A stretch of DNA of 64,000 bases from an uncultured Anaerolineales bacterium (GCA_964457375.1 CAYWFK010000001.1:12894-76893), one strand, 5' to 3'; shown: positions 35,791-46,230, numbered from the stretch's first letter. Notes: a model not told the origin generated them from the letters alone. Numbers and translations are program-made.

Positions 35791-37017
35791 ATGGAAAAAC
35801 AAATCCGAACTTATCTCGAAAAGCATTTGCCTGAATATCTGGATATATTGAAGCAAATGGTGCGTGTCAACAGTTTTAGCGGAAACCCGGATGGTGTGAA
35901 TCGGGTTGGAGAGCTGACCAGGGAGGTCTTTTCTTCGTTGGGGTTCGATGCACAGCAGGTGCAGGCTGAGAATCCGCTTTATGGTAAACATCTCATCCTG
36001 ACGAAGCCGGGTTCTTCGCAGCTGAAAATCGGAATGATTACTCACATGGATACTGTTTTTCCTCCCGAAGAGGAGGAAGCCCATGATTTTCACTGGCGTG
36101 AAGATGGCGATTTGGTCTTTGGCCCGGGGACGAACGACTGCAAAGGCGGAACGGTCTTGATGCTGATGACATTATCGGCAATCAAGGAATTTCTGCCGGA
36201 AGTTTATGACAAGATCAATTGGGTATTGTTGTTGAATGCGGCGGAAGAGCGGCTTTCGGAAGATTTCGGGGCACTGTGTTTGTCCCGCCTGGGGAAGGAC
36301 GCGCTGGCGGCACTGGTTTTCGAAGCCGGGGTTCGGAACGGGAACGTTTTTCAGCTGGTTACTTCGCGTAAAGGGCGGTGTACTTTCGATGTGCAGGTTG
36401 ACGGCAAGAGCGCACATGCTGGCTCCAGTCATTCGGAAGGCGCAAATGCGATCGTTCAATTGGCACATACCATTCAGCGGATTGCCGGTTTGACGGATTA
36501 TTCGCGTGATTTGACGTTCAATGTGGGAACGGTTCGCGGCGGCACTGTGGTCAACCGTGTTCCTCATCAGGCGCATGCAACGGTGGAAATGCGTGCTTTT
36601 TCTCAGGATGTTTTCGATGACGGTGTGCGGAAAATGCTTGCATTGCAGGAAGAAATCGATGTAGCCAGCCACAAAGGAAAATATCCGTGCCGGGTGAGTA
36701 TCCGGATGAGAAATCAGGCGGTGCCCTGGCCTGAGAACCCTGCAACACAAAACCTGCTTGCTGTGTGGCAGCAGGCTGCTGCTCCTCTCGGCTTTTCCGT
36801 AATTCCGGAAGCACGCGGCGGGTTAAGCGATGGCAATGCGCTGTGCCGGATCATTCCAACGATTGACGGTTTAGGTCCTCACGGGGCAAATGCCCATTGT
36901 TCCGAAAGCAGTGAGGATGGTACGAAACAACCGGAATATGTCGATAAGTCGTCTTTTGTGCCAAAAGCGCTGTTGAATACCCTGGCAATTGCCAGGCTGG
37001 CTGAAACAGCCGGATGA
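35791..37017 (+). CDS. M20-family metallopeptidase (glutamate carboxypeptidase/CPG2-like)
   Basis: ORF trimmed to the ATG at 35791. HMDTVF, GPGTNDCKGG, AEERLSED and SAHAGSSH. Confidence 0.7.
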   Translation: MEKQIRTYLEKHLPEYLDILKQMVRVNSFSGNPDGVNRVGELTREVFSSLGFDAQQVQAENPLYGKHLILTKPGSSQLKIGMITHMDTVFPPEEEEAHDFHWREDGDLVFGPGTNDCKGGTVLMLMTLSAIKEFLPEVYDKINWVLLLNAAEERLSEDFGALCLSRLGKDALAALVFEAGVRNGNVFQLVTSRKGRCTFDVQVDGKSAHAGSSHSEGANAIVQLAHTIQRIAGLTDYSRDLTFNVGTVRGGTVVNRVPHQAHATVEMRAFSQDVFDDGVRKMLALQEEIDVASHKGKYPCRVSIRMRNQAVPWPENPATQNLLAVWQQAAAPLGFSVIPEARGGLSDGNALCRIIPTIDGLGPHGANAHCSESSEDGTKQPEYVDKSSFVPKALLNTLAIARLAETAG

Positions 37018-37287
37018 CAGCTTTTGAAAAACCTGCTATGCATTTTGCCCACGATACGGGCAGGTTGTTTTCAGGGAAACAGGAAGAACAGGGCGGATGG
37101 ATGGACGAATACCACAGGGTGGCATGCTGTTTTTTGCTATGTGCCTGATTCGGTAATCGAGCTTCATAAATCATGGAAAAAGGATATAATTACTATCCTT
37201 TTGTGATACTTGAACTAATGGATCGCAAAGTACCCGGCTATTAGTGGGGTGTTTTACGTTCCCTGAGTTCTTTGGAGGTATAGGTCT

Positions 37288-37998
37288 ATGAATCAGGGTA
37301 TCGAAACAGCACAATCTCCTTTGGAAATTGTCAAGAGGCTTAATCTGCATTTCAATGATGTCTTATTGTTGAACAGGGCATTTACCCACCGTTCTTATCT
37401 CAACGAGCATCCGGAAGCGATCGAGGACAACGAACGGCTGGAATTTCTTGGGGATGCTGTTCTGGATTTTCTCGTTGGCGCATGGTTGTATAATCGTTTT
37501 CCTGAAATGGCAGAAGGCGGGCTGACACGCCTGCGTTCTGCGCTGGTGCGAACGGAGCAGTTGTCGAAATTTGCAATTTCGATTGGTTTGAACAAAGCGC
37601 TGAAACTTGGAAGGGGAGAAGCCGAGTCAGGCGGAAGAGAACGGCAGGCACTCGCATGTGCGTTGTTTGAAGCATTCGTCGGAGCGCTTTATTTGGATGC
37701 CGGTATTGTCGCGGTGAGTAAATTCATCGAGCCATTGCTGGAATCGGTGGTTGGTGATCTCATCGAAAACGGTTCGTTGCAGGACCCAAAGAGCAAGTTG
37801 CAGGAGTGGGCGCAGGCATCTCATGGAAACGCTCCGGTGTATAAAACCGTCAACTCATACGGTCCGGATCATGCGAAAGTTTTCGAGGTTGTTGTGTTGG
37901 TGGATGGCGAAGTGCTCGGAAAAGGTACAGGACACAGTAAACAGGCTGCAGCCAAAGAAGCAGCCAGGGATGCTTTGAGAAAGTTTCATTTGGAATGA
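37288..37998 (+). CDS. rnc: Ribonuclease III
   Basis: NERLEFLGDAVLD signature and a C-terminal dsRBD (GPDHAKVFEVVVLVDGEVLGKGTGHSKQAAAKEAA). Confidence 0.95.
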   Translation: MNQGIETAQSPLEIVKRLNLHFNDVLLLNRAFTHRSYLNEHPEAIEDNERLEFLGDAVLDFLVGAWLYNRFPEMAEGGLTRLRSALVRTEQLSKFAISIGLNKALKLGRGEAESGGRERQALACALFEAFVGALYLDAGIVAVSKFIEPLLESVVGDLIENGSLQDPKSKLQEWAQASHGNAPVYKTVNSYGPDHAKVFEVVVLVDGEVLGKGTGHSKQAAAKEAARDALRKFHLE

Positions 37999-38066
37999 TG
38001 GTTGATAGCCGGACGGGTGTTCTTTCAGGCTTGCGTCCTGCTGGATGAATTTTCACGGAAAAATTT

Positions 38067-41000
38067 ATGTTATTGAAATCGCTGGAATTACAAGGGTATA
38101 AGACCTTTGCGGGTAAAACCCTGTTCGAATTTGCTGATACGATTACTGCAATTGTCGGGCCGAATGGTTCGGGAAAATCGAATATTGCCGATTCATTGCG
38201 CTGGGTGCTGGGAGAACAATCTTACCGGCTGTTGAGAGGCAAGAAAACTGCCGATATGATTTTCTCCGGGTCGGACCAACGGCCGCGTGCCGGGATGGCA
38301 TCAGCGACAATTTTGTTCGACAATAGCGAAGGATGGCTCCCGATTGATTTCTCCGAGGTGGCGATTACCCGGAGGGCTTATCGTGACGGGCAGAATGAAT
38401 ATCTCATCAATGGTCAACGGGTCAGATTGAAGGATGTCAGTGACTTGTTGGCAAAATCGGGTTTGTCTCAGCGGACTTATACGATCATTGGCCAGGGACT
38501 GGTTGATGCTGCATTGTCGCTGAAGGCGGATGAACGCCGGTCGCTTTTCGAAGAGGCTGCCGGTATCGGTTTGTATCGTTCCAGAAAACAGGAATCCTTG
38601 AAGCGGCTGGAAAACACACGCAGGAATATCGAAAGAGTGGAAGATATTCTTAGTGAACTGAGGCCGCGTGTGCGCAGTTTGGAAAAGCAGGCGAAACGTG
38701 CCCGTGAATTCAAACAGGTGCAAAAAGATTTGCATGTATTGCTGCGCGAGTGGTACGGTTATCACTGGTTCATGGCTCAAAGAGAGCTGAATGCTGCGAA
38801 AGAATCTTTGCAAACCTATGAGCGTAATTTGAATCAGGCGAAACAGAAAGAAGAAGAGCTTGACCTGAAAATCAAGCGTGACCGGGAACAAATCCAGTCG
38901 CTGCGAACACAGTTATCCGGATGGCATCGGGAATTGTCGAGAACCCACGGTACACGGGAAGGGTTGACCCGGAGAATAGCCGTGCTTGATGAACGGATGC
39001 GGTCGGTTTCCAATCAACTGGAAGCGGCAAAACAGGATGCAACCCGCCTGCAAGATGTGTTGGAAGAAAACCGGCTCAGGTTGAAAGATGCGGAAACCGA
39101 CCATGCTCAGGCAGCCAAGGACCTGGAAGATGCCAGGGTGAAGGCGATGGAAATCGCCCGCATAATCGAGGAAAAAAAGCAGCGAATTCAGGCGCTGGAA
39201 AACAAAATCAGGGGGTTGGAAAAACAGCGCTACCAGCTGAATGACAGGAAAGTGCACCTGAATGCAAAGCTTTCGGAACGCACCATGCAGCGGGAGCGGT
39301 ATCAGCAAGAGATTGCCGATCTGACCCAAAAGATACAAAAACTGGCGAGCGAAAAGGGCGGAGCAAGTTCCGCAGTGGAAAAAGCCAAACACGCGCTGGA
39401 CGTTGCATTGAAAAACGAACAACGCCTCAGGCAGGAACTTGATCAACGGGAAAAAGCTCTTGACGAGGCTTTGAGCAACCGAAAGGTGATAGAAGAGAAA
39501 ATTGCTGCAAAGGAACAACGGTTAACCAAACTAAAAACCCAGAAAAACCTTCTCGAGCAGGCTGAAAACGATTTGGTCGATTATGCGAAGGGCGCCCGTG
39601 TGATTATGAAGTATGCACGCAGCGGGAAAATTACGGGAATGAAGGGGACATTGAGCAGCCGTTTGGTCATCCCGGAAAAGTATGAAACCGCAATTGCAGC
39701 AGTCCTTGGAGAATATATCGATGCAATTCTGATCGAAAGCCGGGATCCTTCCAGAGAAACGCTGAATATATTGAGCAAAGAGGCAGCCCGCGGAATACTC
39801 ATCCCGCTGGCTGAAGTCGTTCCTTTTCGCAAGATTTCTGCATTCACCGGGCAGGCGGGTGTGATCGGAATTGCTTCGGAGCTGGTATCCGGAGACGATG
39901 AAATTCGTCCCACTGTCGACTTGTTGTTGGGACAGGTATTGTTGGTAGAAGACCGCGAGACCGCTGCACGGATGCTGCCCGAATTGCCAAAAACTGCCCG
40001 TGTGGTTACTTTGCGCGGCGAAGTGTTTCACGCCAGCGGTCCGATCATGGCAGGTGTTTCCGGCGAAAGGACCAAACTCAGCCGTCCGCGGCAGCGTATC
40101 GAAATCGGCAAACAAATTGCCGACCTGGTGAAAAGCCTGGATGAAAGCCGGAAAAAGCTTGCGGAGCAAAACCGGCTGCTTGAGAAAAAACAAATTGCCA
40201 TCGACAAACTTCGGGAGAAAGTTCGGAATGCGGAGAAAGAAGTCAATCAGGCAAGGGAAACCCACCGGAAAAGCCTTTTCTCGTTGGATAAATTGACACA
40301 GCAGGAGAGCTGGCTGGATGAAAAACTGGGTTCTTTTCGACTTGAAATCGATACGCTGGAAAAAGATCTTTCCGGGGCGAAGAAAGAAATCAAGGAAACG
40401 GACGAAGCGCTTGCCAATTTGGAGCAGGATTTGCATGAAGCGAAAGAACAACGTTCCCAGTACCTGCTGGATGAGCATTTGGAACAGGAATCTTTCTGGA
40501 AGGCGCAAATTGCTTTCGATGAAAAAACCCTGACCCAGGTTCAAGCCTTGAAAATCGAGCGGGCGAAAAAAGTTCGGGAAGTCGAGGAAAATTCTCGAAT
40601 CAATCAGGAAAAGATTCGGTCATTGAGTGAAGAACTGCAAAAATTGTCGCAGGAAAAGACGGAACTGCATAAAAGGGAAAAGGAGCTTTCTGATGCTGTT
40701 GCCGCTCTGCAAGGGAAAATCAAACCGGCTGAACAAAGCCTGAAAAGCATCGAACAAGGTCAATCGAAATTACTGGGTATTGAAAGCAGCACAAGAAAAG
40801 AATTGAGCAAGGCGGAAAGACAATTCTCGCAGGCACAATTAAATTTAACACGCAAACAAGAAAAACTTGAAAATATCAAAGAACGTATCGAGAATGATTT
40901 CGGTTTGGTCGATTATGAATACGCCAAAGATATCAACGGGCCAAAACCGCTTCCCTTCGACGGCCTGGTGGAGCAATTGCAAATTGTTCGCGAATTGCCA

Positions 41001-41660
41001 AAAGAGCTTGGTTCGCAAATCAAGGAGTTGCGGCATCAATTGCGCAGGATGCGTTCGATCAATCTCGACGCGCAGGATGAATACGAAGAAGTCAAAGAGC
41101 GCTTTGACTTTATGACGGCGCAGATAAATGACCTCCAGCAGGCAGCAGCAGATATTCGGGAAGTGATTGCGGAATTGGACAGTTTGATGGAGAAGGAATT
41201 CCGCAAAACGTTCGACGCGGTTTCCATAGAATTCAGGGATATTTTCAAAAAACTCTTCGGCGGCGGTGCGGCAAAACTTATTCTGACCGACCCGGATGAC
41301 TTGATTGAGACAGGTATCGATATCGAAGCGCGACTGCCGGGCAGAAGGCCGCAGGGTTTGTCGCTGCTTTCAGGCGGGGAGAGGAGCCTGACCGCTGTTT
41401 CCCTGATTTTTGCTTTATTGCGTGTTTCACCGACACCGTTTTGCGTTCTGGACGAAGTGGATGCCATGCTGGATGAAACCAATGTGGGCAGATTTCGGGA
41501 CTTGATCAAGGAACTTTCTGAAAACACCCAGTTTATCGTGATTACTCACAACCGGAATACGGTACAGGCAGCCGATGTCATCTACGGAATTACCATGGGG
41601 GCTGATTCGGCGAGCCAGGTAATCAGTTTGAAACTGGATGAACTTCCGGAATCCGTTTGA
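38067..41660 (+). CDS. smc: Chromosome segregation protein SMC
   Basis: Walker A GPNGSGKSN, long coiled coils, a hinge, and C-terminal LSGGERSLTAVSLIFAL...CVLDEVDAMLD. Confidence 0.95.
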   Translation: MLLKSLELQGYKTFAGKTLFEFADTITAIVGPNGSGKSNIADSLRWVLGEQSYRLLRGKKTADMIFSGSDQRPRAGMASATILFDNSEGWLPIDFSEVAITRRAYRDGQNEYLINGQRVRLKDVSDLLAKSGLSQRTYTIIGQGLVDAALSLKADERRSLFEEAAGIGLYRSRKQESLKRLENTRRNIERVEDILSELRPRVRSLEKQAKRAREFKQVQKDLHVLLREWYGYHWFMAQRELNAAKESLQTYERNLNQAKQKEEELDLKIKRDREQIQSLRTQLSGWHRELSRTHGTREGLTRRIAVLDERMRSVSNQLEAAKQDATRLQDVLEENRLRLKDAETDHAQAAKDLEDARVKAMEIARIIEEKKQRIQALENKIRGLEKQRYQLNDRKVHLNAKLSERTMQRERYQQEIADLTQKIQKLASEKGGASSAVEKAKHALDVALKNEQRLRQELDQREKALDEALSNRKVIEEKIAAKEQRLTKLKTQKNLLEQAENDLVDYAKGARVIMKYARSGKITGMKGTLSSRLVIPEKYETAIAAVLGEYIDAILIESRDPSRETLNILSKEAARGILIPLAEVVPFRKISAFTGQAGVIGIASELVSGDDEIRPTVDLLLGQVLLVEDRETAARMLPELPKTARVVTLRGEVFHASGPIMAGVSGERTKLSRPRQRIEIGKQIADLVKSLDESRKKLAEQNRLLEKKQIAIDKLREKVRNAEKEVNQARETHRKSLFSLDKLTQQESWLDEKLGSFRLEIDTLEKDLSGAKKEIKETDEALANLEQDLHEAKEQRSQYLLDEHLEQESFWKAQIAFDEKTLTQVQALKIERAKKVREVEENSRINQEKIRSLSEELQKLSQEKTELHKREKELSDAVAALQGKIKPAEQSLKSIEQGQSKLLGIESSTRKELSKAERQFSQAQLNLTRKQEKLENIKERIENDFGLVDYEYAKDINGPKPLPFDGLVEQLQIVRELPKELGSQIKELRHQLRRMRSINLDAQDEYEEVKERFDFMTAQINDLQQAAADIREVIAELDSLMEKEFRKTFDAVSIEFRDIFKKLFGGGAAKLILTDPDDLIETGIDIEARLPGRRPQGLSLLSGGERSLTAVSLIFALLRVSPTPFCVLDEVDAMLDETNVGRFRDLIKELSENTQFIVITHNRNTVQAADVIYGITMGADSASQVISLKLDELPESV

Positions 41661-41685
41661 TAGCATGAAGCACAGGAGAGTGCAA

Positions 41686-42417
41686 ATGTCGAGAGATGAT
41701 GGCAGAAAAGCTTACGAATTACGACCTGTTACCCTCCTTCCGGATTTTGTCATTTATCCGGAAGGATCGGTGCTGATCGGGATGGGAAATACGAGAGTCC
41801 TTTGCAATGTCAGTGTCGAAGAAAGTGTTCCTCGCTGGATGCAGGCGTCGGGGAAAGACGGTGGATGGGTGACTGCGGAATATTCCTTGCTGCCACGGTC
41901 GACCCATATTCGAACATCCAGAGAAGAACGCGGGCTTTCAGGAAGGACGCAGGAGATTCGCCGCATGATCGGAAGGAGTTTACGCGCTTCTGTCGATTTA
42001 TCACGCCTGGGAGAACGGACTTTCATCGTTGACTGTGACGTGCTTCAGGCGGATGGCGGCACACGAACCGCATCGATAACCGGCGGGTCGATTGCTTTGG
42101 AAATCGCAATCCGAAAACTGGTGAGGCAAGGAGTGCTTGACGAAAACGTTTTGCTGGATCCGGTGGCTGCAATCAGTGCCGGAATTGTCGATGGAGTGCC
42201 TGTGCTTGATTTGTGCTATCAGGAAGATAGCCGCGCCGAAGCTGATATGAATGTTGTGATGAACAGCCGGGGGGCATTTGTGGAGATACAGGTTACTGCG
42301 GAGCGTGCGGTTTTCGGGCAGGAAATGCTGGACGAGATGGTTTCCCTGGCACGCAAGGGCATCGAAACCCTGATTGTGATTCGGGAAAAAACCATTACCG
42401 CTTATTTTGATCAATGA
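41686..42417 (+). CDS. rph: Ribonuclease PH
   Basis: ORF trimmed to the ATG at 41686. RPVTL...EGSVLIGMGNTRVLC...GRTQEIRRMIGRSLR...CDVLQADGGTRTASITG. Confidence 0.9.
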   Translation: MSRDDGRKAYELRPVTLLPDFVIYPEGSVLIGMGNTRVLCNVSVEESVPRWMQASGKDGGWVTAEYSLLPRSTHIRTSREERGLSGRTQEIRRMIGRSLRASVDLSRLGERTFIVDCDVLQADGGTRTASITGGSIALEIAIRKLVRQGVLDENVLLDPVAAISAGIVDGVPVLDLCYQEDSRAEADMNVVMNSRGAFVEIQVTAERAVFGQEMLDEMVSLARKGIETLIVIREKTITAYFDQ

Positions 42418-42446
42418 GATCCGGTGTGCTGGCGTTTTACGGGAGA

Positions 42447-42484
42447 TAAAAAACAGGCAGGCTTGGAAAAGCCTGCCTGTTTTG
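42447..42484. terminator. Bidirectional Rho-independent terminator between convergent rph and the PPIase gene
   Basis: ACAGGCAGGCTT-ggaa-AAGCCTGCCTGT (12-bp stem), with an A-run upstream and TTTTG downstream. Confidence 0.9.
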
Positions 42485-42505
42485 CATTTCATCAGAGAGC
42501 GTGAT

Positions 42506-43804
42506 TTATGGAATTTTCATTTCCGGTGGAATGGCCGGTTCAGCCGGTACGTTGTCTGTCCATGAATTGTCGATGGTGATATCCGTTTTCTTGCGGATAT
42601 CTTTGAGCCATGCCGTGAAGACTTCATTGCGTTTCATTTCGTATTGATATTCCGATAATGGACGCATTTCGTGTCCCAGTGCTTGAATGATGTGCCAGCC
42701 GAAGGATGATTTAACCGGTTCGCTGATTTCGCCAACTTTGAGGGCAAAGGCTGCATCTTCGAAGGCTTTATCCATTCTTCCTTTGACAAACCACCCCAAA
42801 TCACCGCCGCGTTTTGCTGTTCCGGGGTCTTTGGAGTATTCTTTGGCAAGTGCTCTGAAATCTTCTCCGTTAGCGAGTTTGTCCCGGATTTCCTTTGCGG
42901 TTTTTTCGTCGGAGACAAGGATATGACGTGCCCATACCTGTTCTTGTTCCTTGGGAACATCAGCAGTTACTACATCTCTTAGCCGGGTGCGGTAAAGGAT
43001 GCTTCTGATGTAATTTCTCAGGAATTCTTCCCCGACCCCCGCCTGTTTTTTCAGGTTTTCCAGTGTTTTATCGAAGTTTTCCTGAAAAGCGCTTTCGGTG
43101 TAGGTGGTTGCTGTGGGCAACGGGGTGGGGGATTGTGCCGGTGCGCTGGCTGTGGGAAGTGATGTTGCTGTCGGGGTAACGCTTTCCGTTGCCACAGTTC
43201 CGGAGACGGTTTCGGTGTTTTCCGGTTCAGGTGGCATGAGAGCAAGCTGCGTGGGTGACAATGTGGATGTGGGTTTATCAACGTAAGTCGGCTTCGGGGT
43301 TGGTGACCCGTCAGGGAAGTAACCGAATTCGGCTTTGAGCCGGTTGTCGATTTCTTTTTTGGTAACTTCGATGCCGCGTTTTTTGGCTTCTGTGATGATG
43401 ACAAGTTCGTCGGCCATCTTGTTGATGACTTTTTGCCCGAACACCAAAGGTTCGAGTTCGATTCCCAACTGTTTGAGGTTGGTTTCGAACATCTTGCGGG
43501 TTTTTTCATCCTGAATGGTTGTCATGTATTTGAAACTGTTTTTGTAGCGGTCGACTTGCTGAAGTCTTTCGAATTTCACCCGGTCCTGAAATTGTTTGAG
43601 GGTTACTTTTTCCGAGCCGACAGTGATGATCGGTTTTTGAAATTTGAGTACTTTTTCTTCCAAAACACCATAACCGGCCAGAAGGAGGACGATCAGAATT
43701 ACAGCGATACTGCTGGAAATGATAATCCTTTTCTGGTGGTTTTCGCGTTCGATGCGAGCGAGGTGTTTTTTATTGACAATTCTTTGTTTTTGACGATTTG
43801 CCAT
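42506..43804 (-). CDS. Membrane-anchored parvulin-type peptidyl-prolyl isomerase (PrsA/SurA-like)
   Basis: N-terminal TM segment, a chaperone-like region, a Thr/Pro-rich linker, and a PpiC domain ARHILV...GGDLGWF...FGWHIIQ. Confidence 0.8.
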   Translation of the reverse strand: MANRQKQRIVNKKHLARIERENHQKRIIISSSIAVILIVLLLAGYGVLEEKVLKFQKPIITVGSEKVTLKQFQDRVKFERLQQVDRYKNSFKYMTTIQDEKTRKMFETNLKQLGIELEPLVFGQKVINKMADELVIITEAKKRGIEVTKKEIDNRLKAEFGYFPDGSPTPKPTYVDKPTSTLSPTQLALMPPEPENTETVSGTVATESVTPTATSLPTASAPAQSPTPLPTATTYTESAFQENFDKTLENLKKQAGVGEEFLRNYIRSILYRTRLRDVVTADVPKEQEQVWARHILVSDEKTAKEIRDKLANGEDFRALAKEYSKDPGTAKRGGDLGWFVKGRMDKAFEDAAFALKVGEISEPVKSSFGWHIIQALGHEMRPLSEYQYEMKRNEVFTAWLKDIRKKTDITIDNSWTDNVPAEPAIPPEMKIP

Positions 43805-43874
43805 AACTGTTCCTCAAGAGCGATAGTAGATTGTTCCGTGATGATGATGTATTAGTCCTGTGGAACAAACTCAG

Positions 43875-43910
43875 GGGAAAAGAGGGCATAGAGAGATTTC
43901 TCTCTATGCC
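43875..43910 (-). terminator. Rho-independent terminator of the rpsF-ssb-rpsR operon
   Basis: GGCATAGAGAG-aaat-CTCTCTATGCC on the minus strand, followed by CTCTTTTCCCC, about 22 nt after the rpsR stop. Confidence 0.7.
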
Positions 43911-43931
43911 TCTGATGTGAATAGGGGGTAT

Positions 43932-44225
43932 CTAGCGCAGCGATTCGCTTGAGAAAGGAAGCAAGGCAATATGGCGTGCACGTTTGACAGCTTTGGCAAG
44001 TTTCCTCTGATGTTTGGCGCAAGTCCCTGTTTGCTTTCTGGGGCGAATCCGCCCGTCGTCCATGACAAACCGCCGCAAAAGATCGATGTTTTTATGGTCG
44101 ATAACGATGGTCTTGTCGGTGCAAAACTGGCACGTTTTGGGGCGGGAATAGTACCTGCGATAAGGACGCCGCGTTGTGCCCCTTTCTGTGCCCTGATTTT
44201 TTGTTGCATTTGTTGCTTCACTCAC
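43932..44225 (-). CDS. rpsR: 30S ribosomal protein S18
   Basis: CQFCTDKTIVIDHKNIDLLRRFVMDDGRIRPRKQTGTCAKHQRKLAKAVKRARHIALLPF. GTG start with GGAGAG upstream. Confidence 0.95.
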   Translation of the reverse strand: MSEATNATKNQGTERGTTRRPYRRYYSRPKTCQFCTDKTIVIDHKNIDLLRRFVMDDGRIRPRKQTGTCAKHQRKLAKAVKRARHIALLPFSSESLR

Positions 44226-44268
44226 GATTAACTCTCCTCGTGGTTATTGTTCTTACCGTTTTCCAATT

Positions 44269-44658
44269 TCAAAACGGAAATTCATCTTCTTTTGATTCAA
44301 TTTTTCTGGCGTCATTGGATGTCTTTCTATCGCCGAGAATGATCATTTCGTTGGCAACGATTTCTACCGTTGTGTGTGTTTTGCCGTCGTTGTTTTCCCA
44401 GCTGCGGGTTTGCAATCTGCCTTCGATGTAAACCTGCTGTCCTTTGGAGAGATGCTGCTTGCAGATTTCTGCAAGATTTGCCCAGGCAACGATGTTGAAC
44501 CATTCGGTTTCCTGGTGCCGTTCTCCGTCTGCTGTATTCCAGCTTCGGCTGGTTGCAACGCTGAAAGTGGTTACCGGTTTCCCTGACGGGGTGTAACGCA
44601 TTTCAGGGTCTCTGCCAAGTCTGCCAATGATCATGACTTTATTCAAATCGCGGCTCAT
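44269..44658 (-). CDS. ssb: Single-stranded DNA-binding protein
   Basis: LNKVMIIGRLGRDPEMRYTPSGKPVTTFSVA...WFNIVAW and an acidic tail EDEFPF. ATG at 44658 with GGAG upstream. Confidence 0.95.
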   Translation of the reverse strand: MSRDLNKVMIIGRLGRDPEMRYTPSGKPVTTFSVATSRSWNTADGERHQETEWFNIVAWANLAEICKQHLSKGQQVYIEGRLQTRSWENNDGKTHTTVEIVANEMIILGDRKTSNDARKIESKEDEFPF

Positions 44659-44684
44659 TTCGGACTCCAATAATCGAAAGAAAC

Positions 44685-44969
44685 TTACTCAATAATGGTA
44701 ATCAAGTGCCGTAAGATGGTTTCAAGGTAGCGAATATTGCGTTCAAGTTCACGAATAGAAGCAGGTTCCATTTCTGCCTGGATGAGATAGTATTGGCCAT
44801 CTTTCACTTTGCGAATTTCGTAAGCCAGTTTTCGCTTTCCCCAGGGCTCAGCTTTTACGACCTTGCCCCCGCCATCTGTAATCCAACCGGTAACACGATC
44901 GACAACTTCTTTGGTTGCGTTTTCGTCCAAATCCGGATGGACGATAAAGATGAGTTCATAATTGCGCAT
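44685..44969 (-). CDS. rpsF: 30S ribosomal protein S6
   Basis: MRNYELIFIVHPDLDEN... ATG at 44969 preceded by GGAAAGGAGG. Confidence 0.95.
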   Translation of the reverse strand: MRNYELIFIVHPDLDENATKEVVDRVTGWITDGGGKVVKAEPWGKRKLAYEIRKVKDGQYYLIQAEMEPASIRELERNIRYLETILRHLITIIE

Positions 44970-45195
44970 GGGATTAATCCTCCTTTCCACGGGATTGCCT
45001 TTGACATTGCGCAAACGCCAAAAGCGGAAAGCCTAACCTGCAAATGCAGGAATGAAAACCAAGGATAACATTAAATCTTAAAATATGAAAGGTTAATCAG
45101 GGGAATTTCCGGCGTGTTTAGCCGGAAGGATGTTTCGGTGTTTTTATGGTTGAGGTGCTTGCCTGCCGGAAAAGCGGATGGTGTTCGTGCAAGGT

Positions 45196-45534
45196 TCAGA
45201 ACAAGCCCCAGTCCGCTCCTGCGCCTTCTTCCATGTAGGTCGGGTCCCACGGGTCCATGCCCATTTCGATTGTCGTTTCCATGCCCAGAACCGATTGGGC
45301 TTTGGAACGGGCGGCTTCAAGCAGTGCCGGCGCAAAGGGGCAGAATGGCGTGGTCATGATCATGACGATGTGTGCCTTGTCAGCGTTGATGCTGACATCA
45401 CGCACCAAACCCAGTTCCATGATGTTCAACCCGATTTCGGGATCGTGGATTTGACGAAACACTTCGTCCAGCGGTTTGACGAAATCCGGATGCGTTTTTT
45501 CGATGTGCCACTCAGGGGGTTTGCGTTCGCTCAT
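45196..45534 (-). CDS. sufT: DUF59/MIP18-family Fe-S assembly protein (SufT-like)
   Basis: VFRQIHDPEIGLNIMELGLVRDVSI...IVMIMTTPFCPFAPALL. Confidence 0.8.
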   Translation of the reverse strand: MSERKPPEWHIEKTHPDFVKPLDEVFRQIHDPEIGLNIMELGLVRDVSINADKAHIVMIMTTPFCPFAPALLEAARSKAQSVLGMETTIEMGMDPWDPTYMEEGAGADWGLF

Positions 45535-46177
45535 GGGTTTCTTTCTCCGTTATGGGGGGATTGTTCATATTGATGACATACGTGCAGACTGAATCGCCAT
45601 CCAAAATGCACTGTACTTTTTCGACCGGTACAGAGAGAACGTTTGCGATAAGGGATGAATCCACTGTGCAGATTTCAGGATGGGACTGGCCGACGTGATA
45701 ATACGGGCAATTGGCTTCGTGGATGATATATTGATTTTTGGTTTTTTCCCAGTTGACATTGAAACCTTCCAGCATCAGCAATTCTTTGATGATATCCAGC
45801 CTTTTTTCGATTGGCAGGTTTTCCAGCTCCAGTTCCTGGGTGTACTCGTTGACCAGGTCATCAGCAATGCGTGTGAAAAATTCGTCGACCATTTGCGGCG
45901 GCAGGGATTCTTTCAGTTGCTGTAAAAGGCGGACGGTAAGTTTCAGGTAACGGGTAGGGAATTGTTCCATGCCCTTTTCGGTTAGAAAATAAACCAGCCG
46001 CGGTCTGCCGACCCCGTGTTTGAGTTCTTCTGATGCAATCCATCCGATTGCTTCGAGTTTGTCGACATGATGGCGCACAGAGACAGGGTTTATTTCAGCA
46101 GCTTTTGCAAGTTCGTTGATCGTACAGCGCTGCTTGTTCAATAAGGTTTTGAGTATTTTTTCTCGTGTGTTTACCAT
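45512..46177 (-). CDS. sufR: ArsR-type winged-helix regulator with a C-terminal Cys cluster (SufR-like)
   Basis: ORF trimmed to the ATG at 46177. The helix-turn-helix is REKILKTLLNKQRCTINELAKAAEINPVSVRHHVDKLE. The C-terminus has CPYYH...C...C-x-x-x-x-x-x-C. The gene is divergent from sufCBD. Confidence 0.7.
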   Translation of the reverse strand: MVNTREKILKTLLNKQRCTINELAKAAEINPVSVRHHVDKLEAIGWIASEELKHGVGRPRLVYFLTEKGMEQFPTRYLKLTVRLLQQLKESLPPQMVDEFFTRIADDLVNEYTQELELENLPIEKRLDIIKELLMLEGFNVNWEKTKNQYIIHEANCPYYHVGQSHPEICTVDSSLIANVLSVPVEKVQCILDGDSVCTYVINMNNPPITEKETHERTQTP

Positions 46178-46230
46178 ATCTCGCCGGTTGTTTTTCTGTT
46201 TGTGATGAAAATACCTGTAAAAGTAGTTCG

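Noticed and set aside
39531-40544. 337-aa ORF antisense to the smc coiled-coil region, plus other antisense ORFs at 38301..38891 and 38913..39518
   Set aside because: Coiled-coil codon periodicity (GAA/AAG/CTG) keeps the opposite strand open. The products are Phe/Leu-rich nonsense.
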